64,000 nucleotides of DNA, taken from the NCBI GenBank assembly GCA_051294375.1, contig CM119270.1:6751279-6815278 (forward strand), given 5' to 3'. Origin of the DNA: Paraspadella gotoi. Lineage: Eukaryota > Animalia > Chaetognatha. The position numbers and the translations under genes are program-made. Numbering within the stretch: position 1 is the first letter of the stretch; the number at the start of each line of letters is the position of its first letter. This document shows positions 40,819-55,075 of the stretch, piece after piece. Below the pieces are notes generated by a model that saw only the letters and a program-made list of their open reading frames with translations, ran no database searches and was not told the DNA's origin.

Positions 40819-40886
<68 letters not shown>

Positions 40887-42291
40887 GTTCCCCGTTGTCC
40901 ACCAACGAATCCAGATTGTTTTATTCTTTCCATTCGTGAATTATGCATTTCGTTTGGGTCTTCGCCTCTGGTTCGTCCACACCGTTCGTTCAAACCGTGC
41001 CAGGATTTAAAGGCGCTCGCGTTTGTCGCATCCTTGCTTTTACATTCTTGTTTTTAAACTCTTTGAATTCGTTTCATTTGTTTTGCTTTTTCTTTTCTGC
41101 GGTTAATTCTTTAGCATTTCTATACGACGACGACGGAGATGACCAAGTTATTGTAGTTGATTAGAATTCGACAGGCCAAATAAACAAACGAACAAATTGA
41201 ACAGAAAAAACTCAAGCTCCAGAAACGGTCAACGCCGATTTGCCTCGATCGCTGAGCAACAGTCAACACTGTCAACTGTCAACAACAGTCATCGTTTATC
41301 TCTGCGTCGCTCGCGATTGTTGGCGTCATCGTTGAGTTAGAGGTCAAGGGTAAACATTGTGGTCAAGATGACTTAGACGTTTCGCCGGTTAAAAAAAGTA
41401 TAAATTTCGAGAAGTCTATTTTGTTTTCCACCATAAAACTCTAAAAAATTTTATTTTTATTTTTATACACGTATATTTCAAATAGAGTGGAATCGCAGGT
41501 GCGCAACGAATCACGGTTAATTTTAATGGCATTAAGTTTTATTAAATTTTGAAACAAAATTAAAAAACAAAAAAGACTGTTTGGTATTTATTTACTCATT
41601 TTTTGTCTTTTCTCTAAACAATTCGAAAAATCACCATTTTTTCTTTTCGTAACATTTATCAAAAATAAGTTCTAAAAATAAGTTTCCTCTCTCTGAATCT
41701 CTCTCTGAATTGTTGAATATATATTTAATATACATTCAAACTTTACCCGTTCCTTTGTCCTTACTTGACGTTTACCAACTGCCCTTTAGTTCCTCGTCAG
41801 ATCTCCATATATTTCAACGGCTTCTCGTTGTGATTTCATGATTGCAGAATGTCGTGGCTGCATTTGATGGATTGCCTTTCGACCTCTGGCAGTGGATATA
41901 AGGGGGCGGGGTGTGGTGGGCGCCAGTGGCGACGCCTGCCGAGAGTAGTGACTCGCGGACAGTCGGAACTTTGTCACCCCTGGATTCCGTACTTCCGGTT
42001 TAACATAAAACTTTACTATTATTACAATATCATATCGTTTGTAATACTTTTCGTCATTTTCAGTACTTCATTAAAAAGAAGGCGGAAGTCGCAGAACTTG
42101 AAGAAATTGCAGAGAAAATAATTTTGACAAAGTCATTGACATTTTGGCGAAGAAAAAGTAGGAAGGAAATCTTCTCCATTAACTAGAAGTTCATAACCGG
42201 TTAACCCCTTTACTTCTTCTCAGCGAATAAAATTGAGATCAGATGGACGAAAATATTAACCGCATCAATTGAGACCGAGCGACGGACTGAA

Positions 42292-42368
<77 letters not shown>
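42292..42368. repeat. Long pure (ACG/GAC)n microsatellite
   Basis: Direct reading. Other GAC tracts occur near 700, 7830, 8670, 13140 and 51030. Confidence 0.95.
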
Positions 42369-42418
42369 ACGCTTTTGTTGCGACGATATTAAATTGAAGG
42401 AAGCTCAACAGTGAAGAA

Positions 42419-42461
<43 letters not shown>

Positions 42462-44330
42462 ACAGTTTTTTTTTCATGTGAGGAAACCAAATTGAAGGAA
42501 AGAGGACGACGACGAAAAGCAAGTTCGCCGGAGAAGTAGTGACTAAAAATGAATAAGATAAGATTGATATTGCAATGGAGATAAAGAATGCATCTAATAT
42601 CGAGAGCGATGGGGAAAATCAAAGCAAAAGAAGCTTGCCTGGTATTGACAGACTTGGAGTAAGAGAAGCAAAAAGTCGCTGTCAGTAAATTGTAAGCAGA
42701 GTGACCAAAGAAGATATAAAAAATTAAATGCATACTTCATTTAATAAATAATTAGTTTTAGGTAGTAGTAATGGTAAAATAGATTTCATTTCAGTAGAAA
42801 AAAGTTGTAATTTAAAAAGATACCAAGCAATTTGACTAAAAATAATATGATAATGATAATTATTACTTCAGCAAAAAATGATAACAACAACGAGGTTGCA
42901 ATTCGTAAAAAACAACAACAAAAAAAAATAACTAAAAAAAATAAAAACAAAAAAAGGACCAAAAACAACTGTTCTGTTGTGTTCTCTTGGTCTCCGAAAT
43001 GCCTTTATGGGTTTAGAGGGAAAAAGGAGAGATTTATGCCGGAGCGCCTGGGCACTGACCATATGCGAGNNNNNNNNNNAGAGAGAGAGAATCCTCAAGT
43101 TGACCATCTTTTATCCGAAAAACCGTGGTAAACAGGTCAATGACATTAAACATCGTAAAAACAAAATCATTCTTCAATTCGACTCAATTCCCTTCTGTTT
43201 TTACTGTTGTTGTTCTTTTGTTTTTTATTATTTTATCTTGGTTTTTCTCTTTTCGTACATTTATTTACATCTCAATCCAAACTTTTTTTAGTCGAAATTT
43301 TTATTGTCTCTCTCGGCAGCCGTTTTCATTCGAACCGCCGTTTTATAACCGCCTTTTTATTGCTGCGTTTTTGTTGTTTTTTTTTGTTTTTGTTTTTCTT
43401 CTTTGTTTTTTGCAGCGACCCTGGCGAGACTTATCGCTGCTGGATGAGATAAAATCATCCGGAGATCTAAAGACCGAAATGAAAACCAAACAAAACTCTT
43501 TTTTCTTGAATCTATACCCCTGGTGTTTCGATCTGCTTAATTTCGGTCAATTTTAATTTTTTACCAACATTTTTGGTAGAGCCGCTCTGTCTTTACTGTT
43601 CTTTCTTTCTCTCTTCAAACTAAATTGCACTCGCAGTAACCATAGCAAAGCCGTCGGCGAGCAAAGGCCAGGATGTAATAAAGCGCCACAACGTCTTTGT
43701 AATCCGATTTGTCTCGACGGGGAGACAGATTTGTGTATATCAGACATTCGCTGCGAACAACAATAAAAACAACAAAAACGAAAAAAAGCGACGAATAAGA
43801 GCAACGAAAAAGACAACAACGAAAAAGACAACAACGAAAAAGACAACAACATAGAATTGAATGAAAGAATATTGTAGAGCATAAGATTAGACGAAAAAGA
43901 ATATCAATGATAACCTTGCTCTCAGAACTAAATCCCGTACACTTAGAAAAAAAAATAAATAAAATTGTTGTAATTTTTTTACCTTTCTCTTTCATTCTTA
44001 CAATACGTAAATTAAAAAAAAAAGTACCTCTTATTCGGGGTTCAATTTAAAAAAAAACAAAGGGCACAACTTAATAAAACTCAGATTTTCATGATTTACC
44101 GTAATTTACCGTAAAAAAAACGGTAATGCTAAATCTTATCCTGGTAGTTATGAGTACTAATACTACAGATTCTAACGACAAATTCGATATATTCCTAATT
44201 ACAGCCCCCGGTTCTGCTCACCCCCCGCCCCCCGCCTGGCGAGCGCCCCGGGTGAGAATTGATCGGTTTTCGTTGTTAAATTATTAACCGCGAATTCGTT
44301 GCCGACGAACGAAGACGCCATCCTCTGGAG

Positions 44331-44365
<35 letters not shown>

Positions 44366-44366
44366 G

Positions 44367-44411
<45 letters not shown>

Positions 44412-44631
44412 TTCCATGACCGGAAGTGAAAAGGCGTCGCGCATGTGGACAGCGGCGTCGCGCGTGCGAGAGAGAGAGACAGCCAGAGAGAGCCAGAGAG
44501 AGAGAATTTCAATGAGTTTAATTTTGGAATCAATCTGCCTGCGTCGGTACTAAAGCTGAAAATTGGAAATTGAAACGAGGAAAGAGTGAAACTGGAGGGA
44601 AAGAAAAAGTTAGAAGAGAGAGAGAGAGAGG

Positions 44632-44669
<38 letters not shown>

Positions 44670-44725
44670 AGCACTTATCCTGGACAAAGGTTTTTCAATT
44701 TTTGGGAAATAAAAACGAAAAGGAG

Positions 44726-44796
<71 letters not shown>

Positions 44797-45404
44797 ACAG
44801 AGAGAGAGAGAGAAAGAGAGAGATGAGAGATAACGTTCGTGTCACCGTTCGGCGGAATGACGTTTTGAGAGATGAGTTTTAAGCGGCGTTAAAAGGATGT
44901 CAACTTTTTTGCCAACCGGATCCAATTTTTATTTTTTCTCTTTCTCTCTTTTTTATATATTTTTGTTTTCATCGAAATCGTTTACTTTACTGGGTACATC
45001 GCTTTTTCCACATACGGAGTGTGGAACAGATTCTACATCCGTACTTTCTATGTACCGAAGAGACTTCTCATATATATTAATAAACCTATCGTCCTCGTGA
45101 TAAAAAGATCGCAAAACGAGAATTAGATTGACAAATCCTTCGCCCACGCACAGCGAAGAGTCCTTGACGTATTCGACAGACTTTTTTTTGACAAAGACGC
45201 AATTCAATAGTTTGTGACGCTAAAAGGAAACTTGGTGGAAAACCTTTTTGACGTTGAGAACGTCAATGACTTTGCAAGAGGCTTTTAGAAGCGACGTTTC
45301 GCGATTGGCGTTTACAAGAAAGATATTGTTGTCAAGGTCCTAGTTTTCGCGTTCGCGTCTCGCATGACATTGAGATCTCAGTTTTAGAATCGCTGTTGTC
45401 AGTG

Positions 45405-45742
45405 CATCTCAATTTTAGCCGCATCTGATGATCGTATTTTATGTTCGCAACTCAATATCGCATCTGCCGATCGCATCTAATGTTCGCAAATTTTAATCGC
45501 ATCTGGCAATCCTTATCAGATGTTCGCATATCAAAATCGAGTCCGACGATGCCATCTGATGTTCACAACTCTAGAATGCAACTGAGAATTGCAATGTTCG
45601 CAACCGTAAATCCCATCCGACGTTCGTATCTGAAGTTTGAAACTCTAAATCGTATCCGATCTTCGTATCTGATGTTCGCAACTCTCGATCCCATCTGACG
45701 ATCGCATCAGATGTTCGCAACTCAAGATCGCATCTGACGACC
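45405..45742. repeat. 39-bp minisatellite (about 8-9 units) built from three 13-bp subunits
   Basis: An ATGTTCGCAA-like motif recurs at 45441, 45480, 45520, 45559, 45594, 45633, 45672 and 45711. Confidence 0.85.
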
Positions 45743-46159
45743 GAAAGTGACGGCCACGTGACGGCCTCGTGATGGATTACTTCGTTTTTTCGCCCATTGA
45801 TTCCGCATCTCGTCGTGAGGGGGGAGATGTGGGGAGAAGGGGGGAGAAAGGGGGAGGTGAAAGGGGAAAAGAGTAAAACGGATAGACGAACAAGAGGGAG
45901 AGAGAGTAGGGAGTGAAGAAAATAAAAGAAAAGAACAAGAACGGTAATTCCAATGTGTTGCGCTTCAGTGACTTTATTTTCATGTGTTCTTCCCTTTGAT
46001 ATCATGATATGTCATGACATGTCATGACTAAAAAAAATTTTTGACGTGTATTTATGACATGCATGCTTTAGGAATTCCTGAAGACGGCGCTACCAGTCCC
46101 TTAGATTAGAGGTTTTTTTTCTGTGTTAACAAATGAGCAACCAACTATAAGAAAATTAT

Positions 46160-46290
46160 ATGCATTTTTAACGTAAGTGGGACAGACCGACGGAAAGACA
46201 TACCGGCCGACTGACCGACCGGCCGACAAACCGACCAAAAAGTGACTTATAGAGTTTCTCGACGAGTACTTCGGCGCAACCAAAAAAAAA
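46160..46290 (+). mobile_element. Possible Helentron/HINE (DINE-1-like) terminal fragment
   Basis: Degenerate (GACC)n tract followed by GTGACTTATAGAGT, a short GC-containing segment and an A-run, an architecture typical of non-autonomous rolling-circle elements. Confidence 0.3.
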
Positions 46291-46825
46291 GGAAAATGTG
46301 TGTACGCGTTTTGGGAACTGTGGGATGTAAGGGGGGGGGGAATAAGGAAAAGGAATCAAAGGGGAAAGGAGGATAGAAGAAAGAAGTTTGTGACGGTATT
46401 AAAGGGAAAAAAAATTGTCGTGAGGCGGAAGAAAAGCATCCGGGTTGCGATTCCGGTTGTGAATCCGGTTATCCTGCCGGATGTTGTACCCGGATGTGAT
46501 AACATCAGTCGTCGTTAGATTCAGTTGCGGGTTTCTTCTTTCGCAGTTTTTTTGTTTTTAGTAGTTGCACCTTAAAATGGTTTAGGAGATATAAAAAGAT
46601 TAAGATATCAATTTTAAAAAATTTATAAGTGGAGGATTCGTATATTTTTTTTCTCATTCCGCATCTTATTTCTCATTATTCTAAACAAAAATCTTTTGGT
46701 TCCCGTCTGCTTTCATTTCCTCGCCGAGTTTCCATCTTCCGACTCTTGGTCTCGGTGCAGCTGTCTCTAACAACCGGGGAAAATTTATATCTGCTTCCCT
46801 CGCTACACCCTTGCCTGGTTCTCTA

Positions 46826-46898
<73 letters not shown>

Positions 46899-47267
46899 TA
46901 CCTTTTTTTTCTTTATCTATTTGTTTCATTATTTTTTTCTTTCTTTCTATATCTCCTTTTTCCTTTCTTTTTTCTTTCTAACTTCATTCACACACTAACC
47001 CTGTGTGATATTATTCCTTCCTTGAAAAAAAACAGTATCCATTCCTCTCCAACCTCCACGTCCTCTCTTTTCTTTTCCTGATCCCTCTCCATTTCCTCTC
47101 TTTTCTTTTCTTGACCCCGAGTCCGACTTCTCTTCCTATCTATTCACGATTCCCTCTTTTGATTCACTTCTCACTCCTCAATCTTTTTACGTTTCTATTT
47201 CTATGCATCAATTGAAAAGCCTGCCTAAGCCAGCAACTTTCGCTCTCTTTTCTCTCTCTCTCTCCTC

Positions 47268-47351
<84 letters not shown>

Positions 47352-47621
47352 ACTGATTCAAGGATCAAAGGCGACTTCTGCGTGAGAGATGATCCAACGC
47401 AGCGGCTTCCCTTTTTTACGGAATCGAACAACTCGGAATTCGNNNNNNNNNNNNNNNNNNNNNNNNNCGGGAGGGGATTGGTTTGGACACGGTGGTGGGG
47501 GAGAGAAAGAGAGAGATAGAGAAAACAGAGTGAAAAAATTGACCTTGCGGTTGTACTAAAATGTAAATTCTAAGAGTAACTACCTTAAATTAATTAATAG
47601 AGATGAGAGAGAGAGAGAGAC

Positions 47622-47652
<31 letters not shown>

Positions 47653-47656
47653 AGAG

Positions 47657-47701
<45 letters not shown>

Positions 47702-47739
47702 GAAAGAGATTGCTGACTCGCAAAACCGAGACAGCTTTC

Positions 47740-47778
<39 letters not shown>

Positions 47779-48017
47779 TAATCCAAATAACGGTATTGAC
47801 AAAATCGTAAGCTGTTAAAGTCTAGAAAACGGTAAACAAGTAAAAACGAAACTATTGAACAAAAGATAAACGTTTAAAATGGAATCAACGTGATTGAGGT
47901 TTTTTTTTAAATTTGTTTTATTAATACCAAAAACAGTATTGAAAAATCGAAAAATCAAATTCAGTCGTTGAAGTATTTTTTTTTTTTATTTTTTTTTTTT
48001 TATTTTTTTTTTGTTGA

Positions 48018-48062
<45 letters not shown>

Positions 48063-48719
48063 GTATCAGCTGTATAAAACTAAAAACAGAAGCAAGGTAA
48101 AAACTAAACTATTAAAATTCAACAGAAACAAACACTAACAGACACTAACGTTTAAATGACTCATAAATAAAAATAAAATGTTATGAACTAATTCATAAAA
48201 AAACTATCAATATAACGTTCAAAACGTTCTAAATTCATATTTTTAAACCAAAAAACATCAAGTATAAAAAGGAAAGCAACATTATTATTTTTAATTCAAA
48301 AGTAAAAACTAATTTATTAAAATTCACAAAAACAAAAGACACTACCGTTTAAATGGACTCATGAAAAAATATATTATGAACTAATTCATATGAAACTATA
48401 AAATACAACGTTCAGAACGTTTATAATTTAAATAATTTTACTATATTATTTTTTTTTTTTATATATATATATATTTTTTTAGCAACGTTTAAAAATTAAC
48501 GATAAAAGTGTCTAGATTGGAAATGATAAAAATCTTTAAAAACATAAAAACAAAAACATTATATAAAAGGTAAGAAAACAAAAACATTAGAAAACGTTAA
48601 AGTGTAAAACAAAACGTTTTAAAACATTTAAGTGTATAATGCACAAAAAGTGTAAAACTATATGCCCAAAATAATGTATATGTATAATTGTAATAATAAA
48701 AATAATGTATGGTATAATT

Positions 48720-49636
48720 CTGTTAGAGTTAAAGGGCGAGGGACCACGGCTCTAATAATTAATATAGAAATAGAAACTACCGTCACAAATCAACACATAT
48801 TCAAAGGTGCAAATAAAACAAAAAGGAGACGCTAATAAAAACAAAAGATGCTAATGAAAACAAAAAGAAACGCTAACCACAAAATTAAGACACTAATAAA
48901 TAAACAAAACTACTTACGATATGCAAGAGCAAGATAATCCTACATCAACATCAATAGAAATACTATATAAAATCATAAATAAAAAATAGAAAATAGTGAA
49001 ACAAGTAATTGCAAAATTTTCATATCATGTTATAAACCGATAACAGACACTACTACATAAATTATTTATATGTGGTCCCCTTAATACCCCAATACCAGAT
49101 ACCCCTCATGATTAAACAAGTTCCAATTAACCAATTCTAAACTGTTTAATTAAGTTTCCCCACTCCATAGTCCCATCTTCATTTAATACACCGAGTACAT
49201 TACCCAATAAAATCCGTTTTTTGAACTTCCCAATCTGCCACTTAATTTGGCAACCCAATAGTCCTGTTCTATATTTTTTCTCAAATGAACAAGCAAATAT
49301 TTTCCAAAGTCTTTCACACCGCCCATCTCAACATGCCTAATCCTCTCTGCTCTCAACTTGAATATACAGATCTTAGAGTTAAAAACCTAATTTATTTCTT
49401 AAACCTTATCTTAGCCCTTGTCCTGTTAAACCTAAACTCATTTCTCGGTTTTAACTCTCTTATCATCAAATTTTAAAAGTGTCCATACTAACTTCTCCCA
49501 GAGTCTTACAACCACTTCGCACTGAGTCAAAATATGCCATCGCTCACGTGCGCTACAACACCACAAAGCTCACAAATACCATCAACCTCTTCCTACATAT
49601 GCGTAATCCAATATGCTGTCCAAAAATTTAAACTTA
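48720..49636 (-). mobile_element. 5'-truncated, degenerate non-LTR retrotransposon (L1/Tx1-like ORF2 C-terminus and 3' UTR)
   Basis: Frameshifted translation LNFWTAY...GICELCG...ERWHILTQCEVVVRLWEKL...EMSLGL...LRNKLGF contains the CxxC..H-x4-C..W zinc knuckle found after LINE reverse transcriptase. A T-rich UTR follows. Boundaries are approximate. Confidence 0.65.
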
Positions 49637-50448
49637 CCTGGGAACGGAAGGATTAAACCTCCAATTGAAAAAAAAAGAAAAGAAAAGAAAAGAGATGATT
49701 TCGATTTTCGACGAAATTGAAGCGAAATTGAGTCTCCACTCGTTTTGTTCGAATCGAAAGACAAAACAAATTGTTTTGTTATATTATAGTAACAACTCGA
49801 AGTCCATTATGTCCGAAATGAAGGACGATAAAATGAATTGAATTGAAAGTGAAATGTAATTGAAATAATTGAAAGTTTTTTGAAGAGAAAAAGTTACTTA
49901 AGAAAGAAAAAAAGTCAAGAACCAAAATATGCATCGTCGGATGTTCAAATAGGGCAAATAGAAAAAAAGATAAATTATACATATAAGACAAGACATTAGA
50001 ACTTCGGAGCAAAATAAAAATTGAAAACAAAAAAATTTTTAATGATAAATCTAATCATAACTTCATATCGCGGAAGTTTCACGAAAAAAAATATTAGTGA
50101 ATGCCAATGTTAAATATCTTGGCCAATTCGAAGTTAAACTGATGACAAAATCTTAGTTTTTCGAGAAAGCAATGTGCTGATATCCTATCGTCGATATAGT
50201 GTTTATCTAAGGACGAGATTTCCACTCTCCATAGGTCTGTCTGTCTGACGGATTGTAGCTCCTCGACGTCGCACATAGATTCGTTTTTTTGATCGAGTGC
50301 TATATTAGAATTACAGAAATTTTCAGATCTTTTTTTTTTTTAAATTTTATCTATATATGTATGGCAATTCTTTAAATTCTTGCTTTTTTGCTTTTCTCTC
50401 TCTTCCTTCCTTATTCCTTCTCTTTCTCTCTCTCTCCCTGCTCTCTCC

Positions 50449-50500
<52 letters not shown>

Positions 50501-50657
50501 TCTCGCCTCCCTTCACTCTTTCTTCTCCTCCCCCACTCCGGATCGCGCGACTTTCAATTTTTGTTTTTCCGATCGACCTACTCGAATTTCGTGTTTCGTC
50601 GTCGCGATGAAGCCAATTCATTATTCAAACCGGATGTGCAATCCCGAAGAATTGGGA

Positions 50658-50700
<43 letters not shown>

Positions 50701-51437
50701 GAAGAGACAGAGACAAAAGAAGAGAAAGAAAAGAGGAGAGCGGTGAAGTTAAGATGAGGGAAAAAGATGACAGATTTAGAGGCTGTAGTTTTTTAAGGCA
50801 AAAAGAGTCGAGAACAAGCAGCAGAAAGAATAGAAGAGAGAGAGCAGAGAAAAGAAAGCAGAGAGAGTATAGAGAGGACAGAGAGAGAGAGCTAAAAAAA
50901 GTAGTGGGAAGAGCGGGAGAGATAGAGTGAGAGATAAAAGAGCACGGGGAAGAGAGAGAGAGGAATTTAAAAAAAAAAAAAAACGATGAATTTCGGAACG
51001 AATGGTAAAGAGAAGCGAAATCACCACGACGATGACGACGACGACCACGACGACGACGACGACGAAAAATTTTGGATGACTCCGTCGACGACGAAGACTG
51101 TGATGACGACTTTAAGAAATAGAAAAAGATGTAAATCGGAATCGAGTAAACATCTTCGGAGACCCAATCATTTCGACACACTTTTGAAACGACCGAACTT
51201 CCTTTTTTAACATGACTTATTAAGTACATAAGTGCAACAGCCTCAGCTAAAACTTTCTATCTCCATGAACCCGTGATCATAAACGAATTGATGTATTTTG
51301 TAGTAAGATGTTGTGTGAAGTGGTGTTTGTTAAGATCCTTCAAGGCAAATAGTAAGTTCATGTCAAATAATCATAATTCATTGCAAGTAATAACATCATA
51401 CTAAGTAGGCTCCATCCGGGAGTGTAGAAAAACCGAT

Positions 51438-51482
51438 GTTCATCTCTCGTTCATCTCTCGTTCATCTCTCGTTCATCTCTCG
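51438..51482. repeat. 11-bp tandem repeat (GTTCATCTCTC) x4
   Basis: Direct reading. Confidence 0.9.
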
Positions 51483-51874
51483 TCAGCGGGCGATCCTGGG
51501 CGTTCACTTAGACTGTACTGAGCTTTTCTACTCCGTAGTTACATATTCAACAAAAGATCAGTGTTTATACGTCGACGCCAAGTATCGCGCGGCGTACGAT
51601 CTCTCTTAACACTCCCACCTGTACGTGCAAACGGACAAGTACAATACTAGAGAGATCGTGCGCACCGCTTGGACTTCGCCCTGTGGCCGTAGACTTTGCG
51701 GCTGCAAACTGGATTCTATCCCCCTCTCTTGAAGAGTCACAGGCCCCTCTTGACGATCCCATTGAGGCAACCATCCCGTCGTTGGATCAGCGTCACCCTA
51801 CTCCCACCAGTGGCGCCCTTGTTGACCGGATATTGGGCGTCACCCGGCGTTGCTCAGCATCCACCTCCTTGTAG

Positions 51875-52260
51875 ATGACCAAAATAGCGCCGGCCGGCGT
51901 CGCCTCCCTGACGACGCCTCGAGGCGGACTCTGCCTCTTTGATCCTCTAGCCGCCGCCGGCCGTCGTCTCCTCGACGACACCTCGAACGGCGGCGCCGCA
52001 TCTCCGACGACCTCTTTGAGACGGCGTCCAAATAGCCGCCGCCGGCATCGTCTCCTCGACGAAGCCTCGAACGGCGGCTCTGCACCTTCGTCGACGTCTC
52101 CGAGTTGACGCCCGTCTAGCCGCCGCCGAATTCGCCTCCTCGACGACGTCTCGAACGGCGGCTCTTCTCCCTCGTCCGACGGGCTTCATCTTGACGTCCG
52201 GATAGCCGCCGCCCGGCATCGTCACCGTTGACGACGCCTCGAAGCGGCGGCACTGCATCC
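51875..52260. repeat. GC-rich ~84-bp tandem repeat (4-5 units)
   Basis: TAGCCGCCGCC recurs at 51948, 52033, 52117 and 52203, each followed by CTCGACGA..CTCGAACGGCGG-like sequence. Confidence 0.85.
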
Positions 52261-52625
52261 GTTTTGACCGTCTTTTCTTTTCTGGATCAGCTTGGATGCG
52301 TCTTCGTGCATGTCGCAAGTTTGTTTTGGCGTATGCAACGAGTTAGTTGTGCATGATTTGTGTGCTGAAACCGATCAGTATTAAAAGTTTTCTAAACTTC
52401 GAATTTCCTCCCACTCTTGTTTTTACAAGATTAATCAGTTTGTTTAGTAATTAAACACTGTATAGTATATATATAGAGGAATGTATATAAATTGATTCAT
52501 CATTGCCTCAATGGTGGATAAAATAAAAAAATATTTGTACATTGTATTCAAGTCCGTATTCTTTTGTATGTTACTTAGTTTTCCCGGCGCAGTTATGTCT
52601 TCAACGTCATAATTTTTTAATCTCC

Positions 52626-52638
52626 GTTGCTAAGCAAC
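52626..52638. promoter_or_regulatory. RFX X-box-like motif
   Basis: GTTGCTAAGCAAC. Motif match only. Confidence 0.3.
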
Positions 52639-52779
52639 CTAACTCTTCTCTCCTCATTTCTCAGAAATGTTTTTCCGTCGTCGTCGTTTTTGAGTCGTTA
52701 TTCACGTGAAATAAGTTCGTAGTATCAAGCGTATTTATTTATTTATTTTTTTTTTTTTTTTTTGACTTTCTAATTCTAA

Positions 52780-53330
52780 TTGCTGGGCACCAAAAAGAGA
52801 TAAACATCTTCTCATTGCTTCTCTCATTTTTTACTTCTTTTATAAAGTTATAAAGTCGAGCTGGTCCACAAACTTTAATAAAAATTTTGATTCGTTTTGA
52901 CAACAACTCCACTGTCATCGTCATACGTCGTCTCTCTGAGCCGTAGAAGACATTTCTTTTCCTCTCATAGGTCCTATCAACTCATGCTTTATGGCTTACA
53001 CATCCAAGAACCTCGTGAATTTTTACATTATTTCCAGAGTTTTCCTCTCACTCCAGAATATTTTTGGCTCAATCTTGCTCCCTCTTGAATGTGAGTCCTC
53101 AAAACAAAATTTTTAGTTTCCACCCTGCAAGTTTTAATGCACCTTTTCCTAAGGTATTCAAACTTTGTCAGCTGCTCCAAGCACGAAGTTGTAGGAGACC
53201 TTCTCCTAAGCAAACTTTTTCTCGTGCTTTCTTCTCTCCTCTAGACGAGCATCGTAAACGAAATATTGGCATTATTAGCAATTTTAAATGTGAGACCAAG
53301 CTAGACGAATTTGTGGAAAAAAATTGACAT
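52780..53330 (+). pseudogene. Possible degenerate transposase C-terminus (MULE-like)
   Basis: Overlapping frames give EFLHYFQSF..YFW...FH...PKVFKLCQLLQ...LDEFVEK, loosely resembling the C-terminal region of invertebrate MULE transposases. By-eye similarity only. Confidence 0.25.
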
Positions 53331-53949
53331 CACGAATCTTTCTTTCTTTGTATTAAGACTTAACTTAAAAGCCCAGCAATGTTTATTCGTCAAACAATAA
53401 ATTTTTCTCTTTATCCTTACTTTTTTACTACAAGTAGATGTGATCAAACCATAGTGACGAGTTTGTGAATAATTCGTTGAACCAAACCGTAGTTTCATGA
53501 ACCATAATCCTATACTTTCCGTCTTATTGAGGTCTCCTCGAATTCATAGAAAAGATTTTTTTAGACCGTTAGAAAGTGAAAGCAAGGGGTGGAGGCTCCC
53601 GACGCTCCTCATGTGAATCACCATGTAATCTGACTCAGAAGAGTGTGTAACAATCCTCAGACTCAACAGTTGAATTTAATCTCAACCGCAGACCAAAAGG
53701 GATAAATAGCCAGTGACACGAGTTGACGTGAACGTAAGCGCCTCGCGAAAATCATAGACGTCAAGGAAGGTTCAAGAGTGGGAGGCAAGACTTTCTCCTC
53801 CTCTTCTAATGTGTTTCAGTATGGATCTGCTGCAGCGCTGTTCCTTGATCACAGGTAGATGGATGGCATAGGATGATCTCTCCTCAACAGTTTCCTTTGG
53901 AACGGCTTTCTAATTATGAACGCTTCTCCAGTAGCTCTCTAGCAGTTCT

Positions 53950-54240
53950 TCCCAAAAGCTTCTTTCCGCTACCTCCACAGCAACATTTTCCGAAACTCTT
54001 TTCCGCAACTTTTTTTCGTAACCTTTTTCCGCAGCTTTTTTTCGCAACCTTTTTCTTTAACTCTTTCCACAACATTTTGATCCGCATCCTTTCGCGCACT
54101 CTTCCGTCATTCTTTTTTACTGGCCCTTTTTCCACAACTGTCTTCCGCAACTCCTTTCCGCCAACTTGTTTCCACAACTTCTTCCGCAACTCCTTCTGCA
54201 AGCTTTATTGTCCCGCCGGATTTTTCTGCCAACTTTCTTC
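53950..54240. repeat. Degenerate short tandem repeat of TTTCCGCAAC/TTTCCACAAC
   Basis: The motif recurs many times at roughly 13-15 bp spacing. Confidence 0.65.
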
Positions 54241-55075
54241 ACCGATTTGTACGCGCAGACGGTGCTTCTGCAACTTCTTGCCGCGACTTAAGCAGGCAAC
54301 CTCTTCAGCAGAAATTCACAGCAGGAATTCGTGTTTCGTCGTCGCGATGAAGCCAATTCATTATTCAAACCGGAGTGCAATCCCGAAGAATTGGGAAGAG
54401 AGAGAGAGAGAGAGAGACAGATAGAGGAAGAGACAGAGACAAAAGGAAGAGAAAGAAAAAGAGGAGAGCGGTGAAGTTAAGATGAGGGAAAAAGATGACA
54501 GATTTAGAGGCTGGTTAGTTTAAGGCAAAAGAGTCGAGAACAAGCAGCAGAAAGAATAAGAGAGAGAAGCAGAGAAAAGAAAGCAAAGGAGTATAGGGAG
54601 AGACCAGAAGAGAGAGAGCCCCTAAAAAAATAGTGGGAAGAAAAGCGGGAAGAGAATAGAGTGAGAGATAAGAGCACGGGGAGAAGAAGAGAAGGATAAT
54701 TTAAAAAAAAAAACGATGAATTTCCGGAACGAATGGTAAAGAAGAACGAAACACCACGACGATGACCGACGACCGAAGACGACCCGAACGACGACGACGA
54801 AAAATTTTGGATGACTCCGTCGACGACGAAGACTGTGATGACGACTTTAAGAAATAGAAAAAGATGTAAATCGGAATCGAGTAAACATCTTCGGAGACCC
54901 AATCATTTCGACACACTTTTGAAACGACCGGAACTTCTTTTTTAACATGACTTCTAAACCTTAAGATGATTTGTTTAGTAAAAAGTGGAATTATTACATT
55001 CAGGAAACTACAATTATTATTACTCATTACTTTTTAATTGGCTATTTAGTATTACAGAAGAAGGGCAGGAGGAAG

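Noticed and set aside
45405-45742. CRISPR-like array
   Set aside because: The units are contiguous degenerate tandem repeats without unique spacers, there are no cas genes, and the context is eukaryotic.
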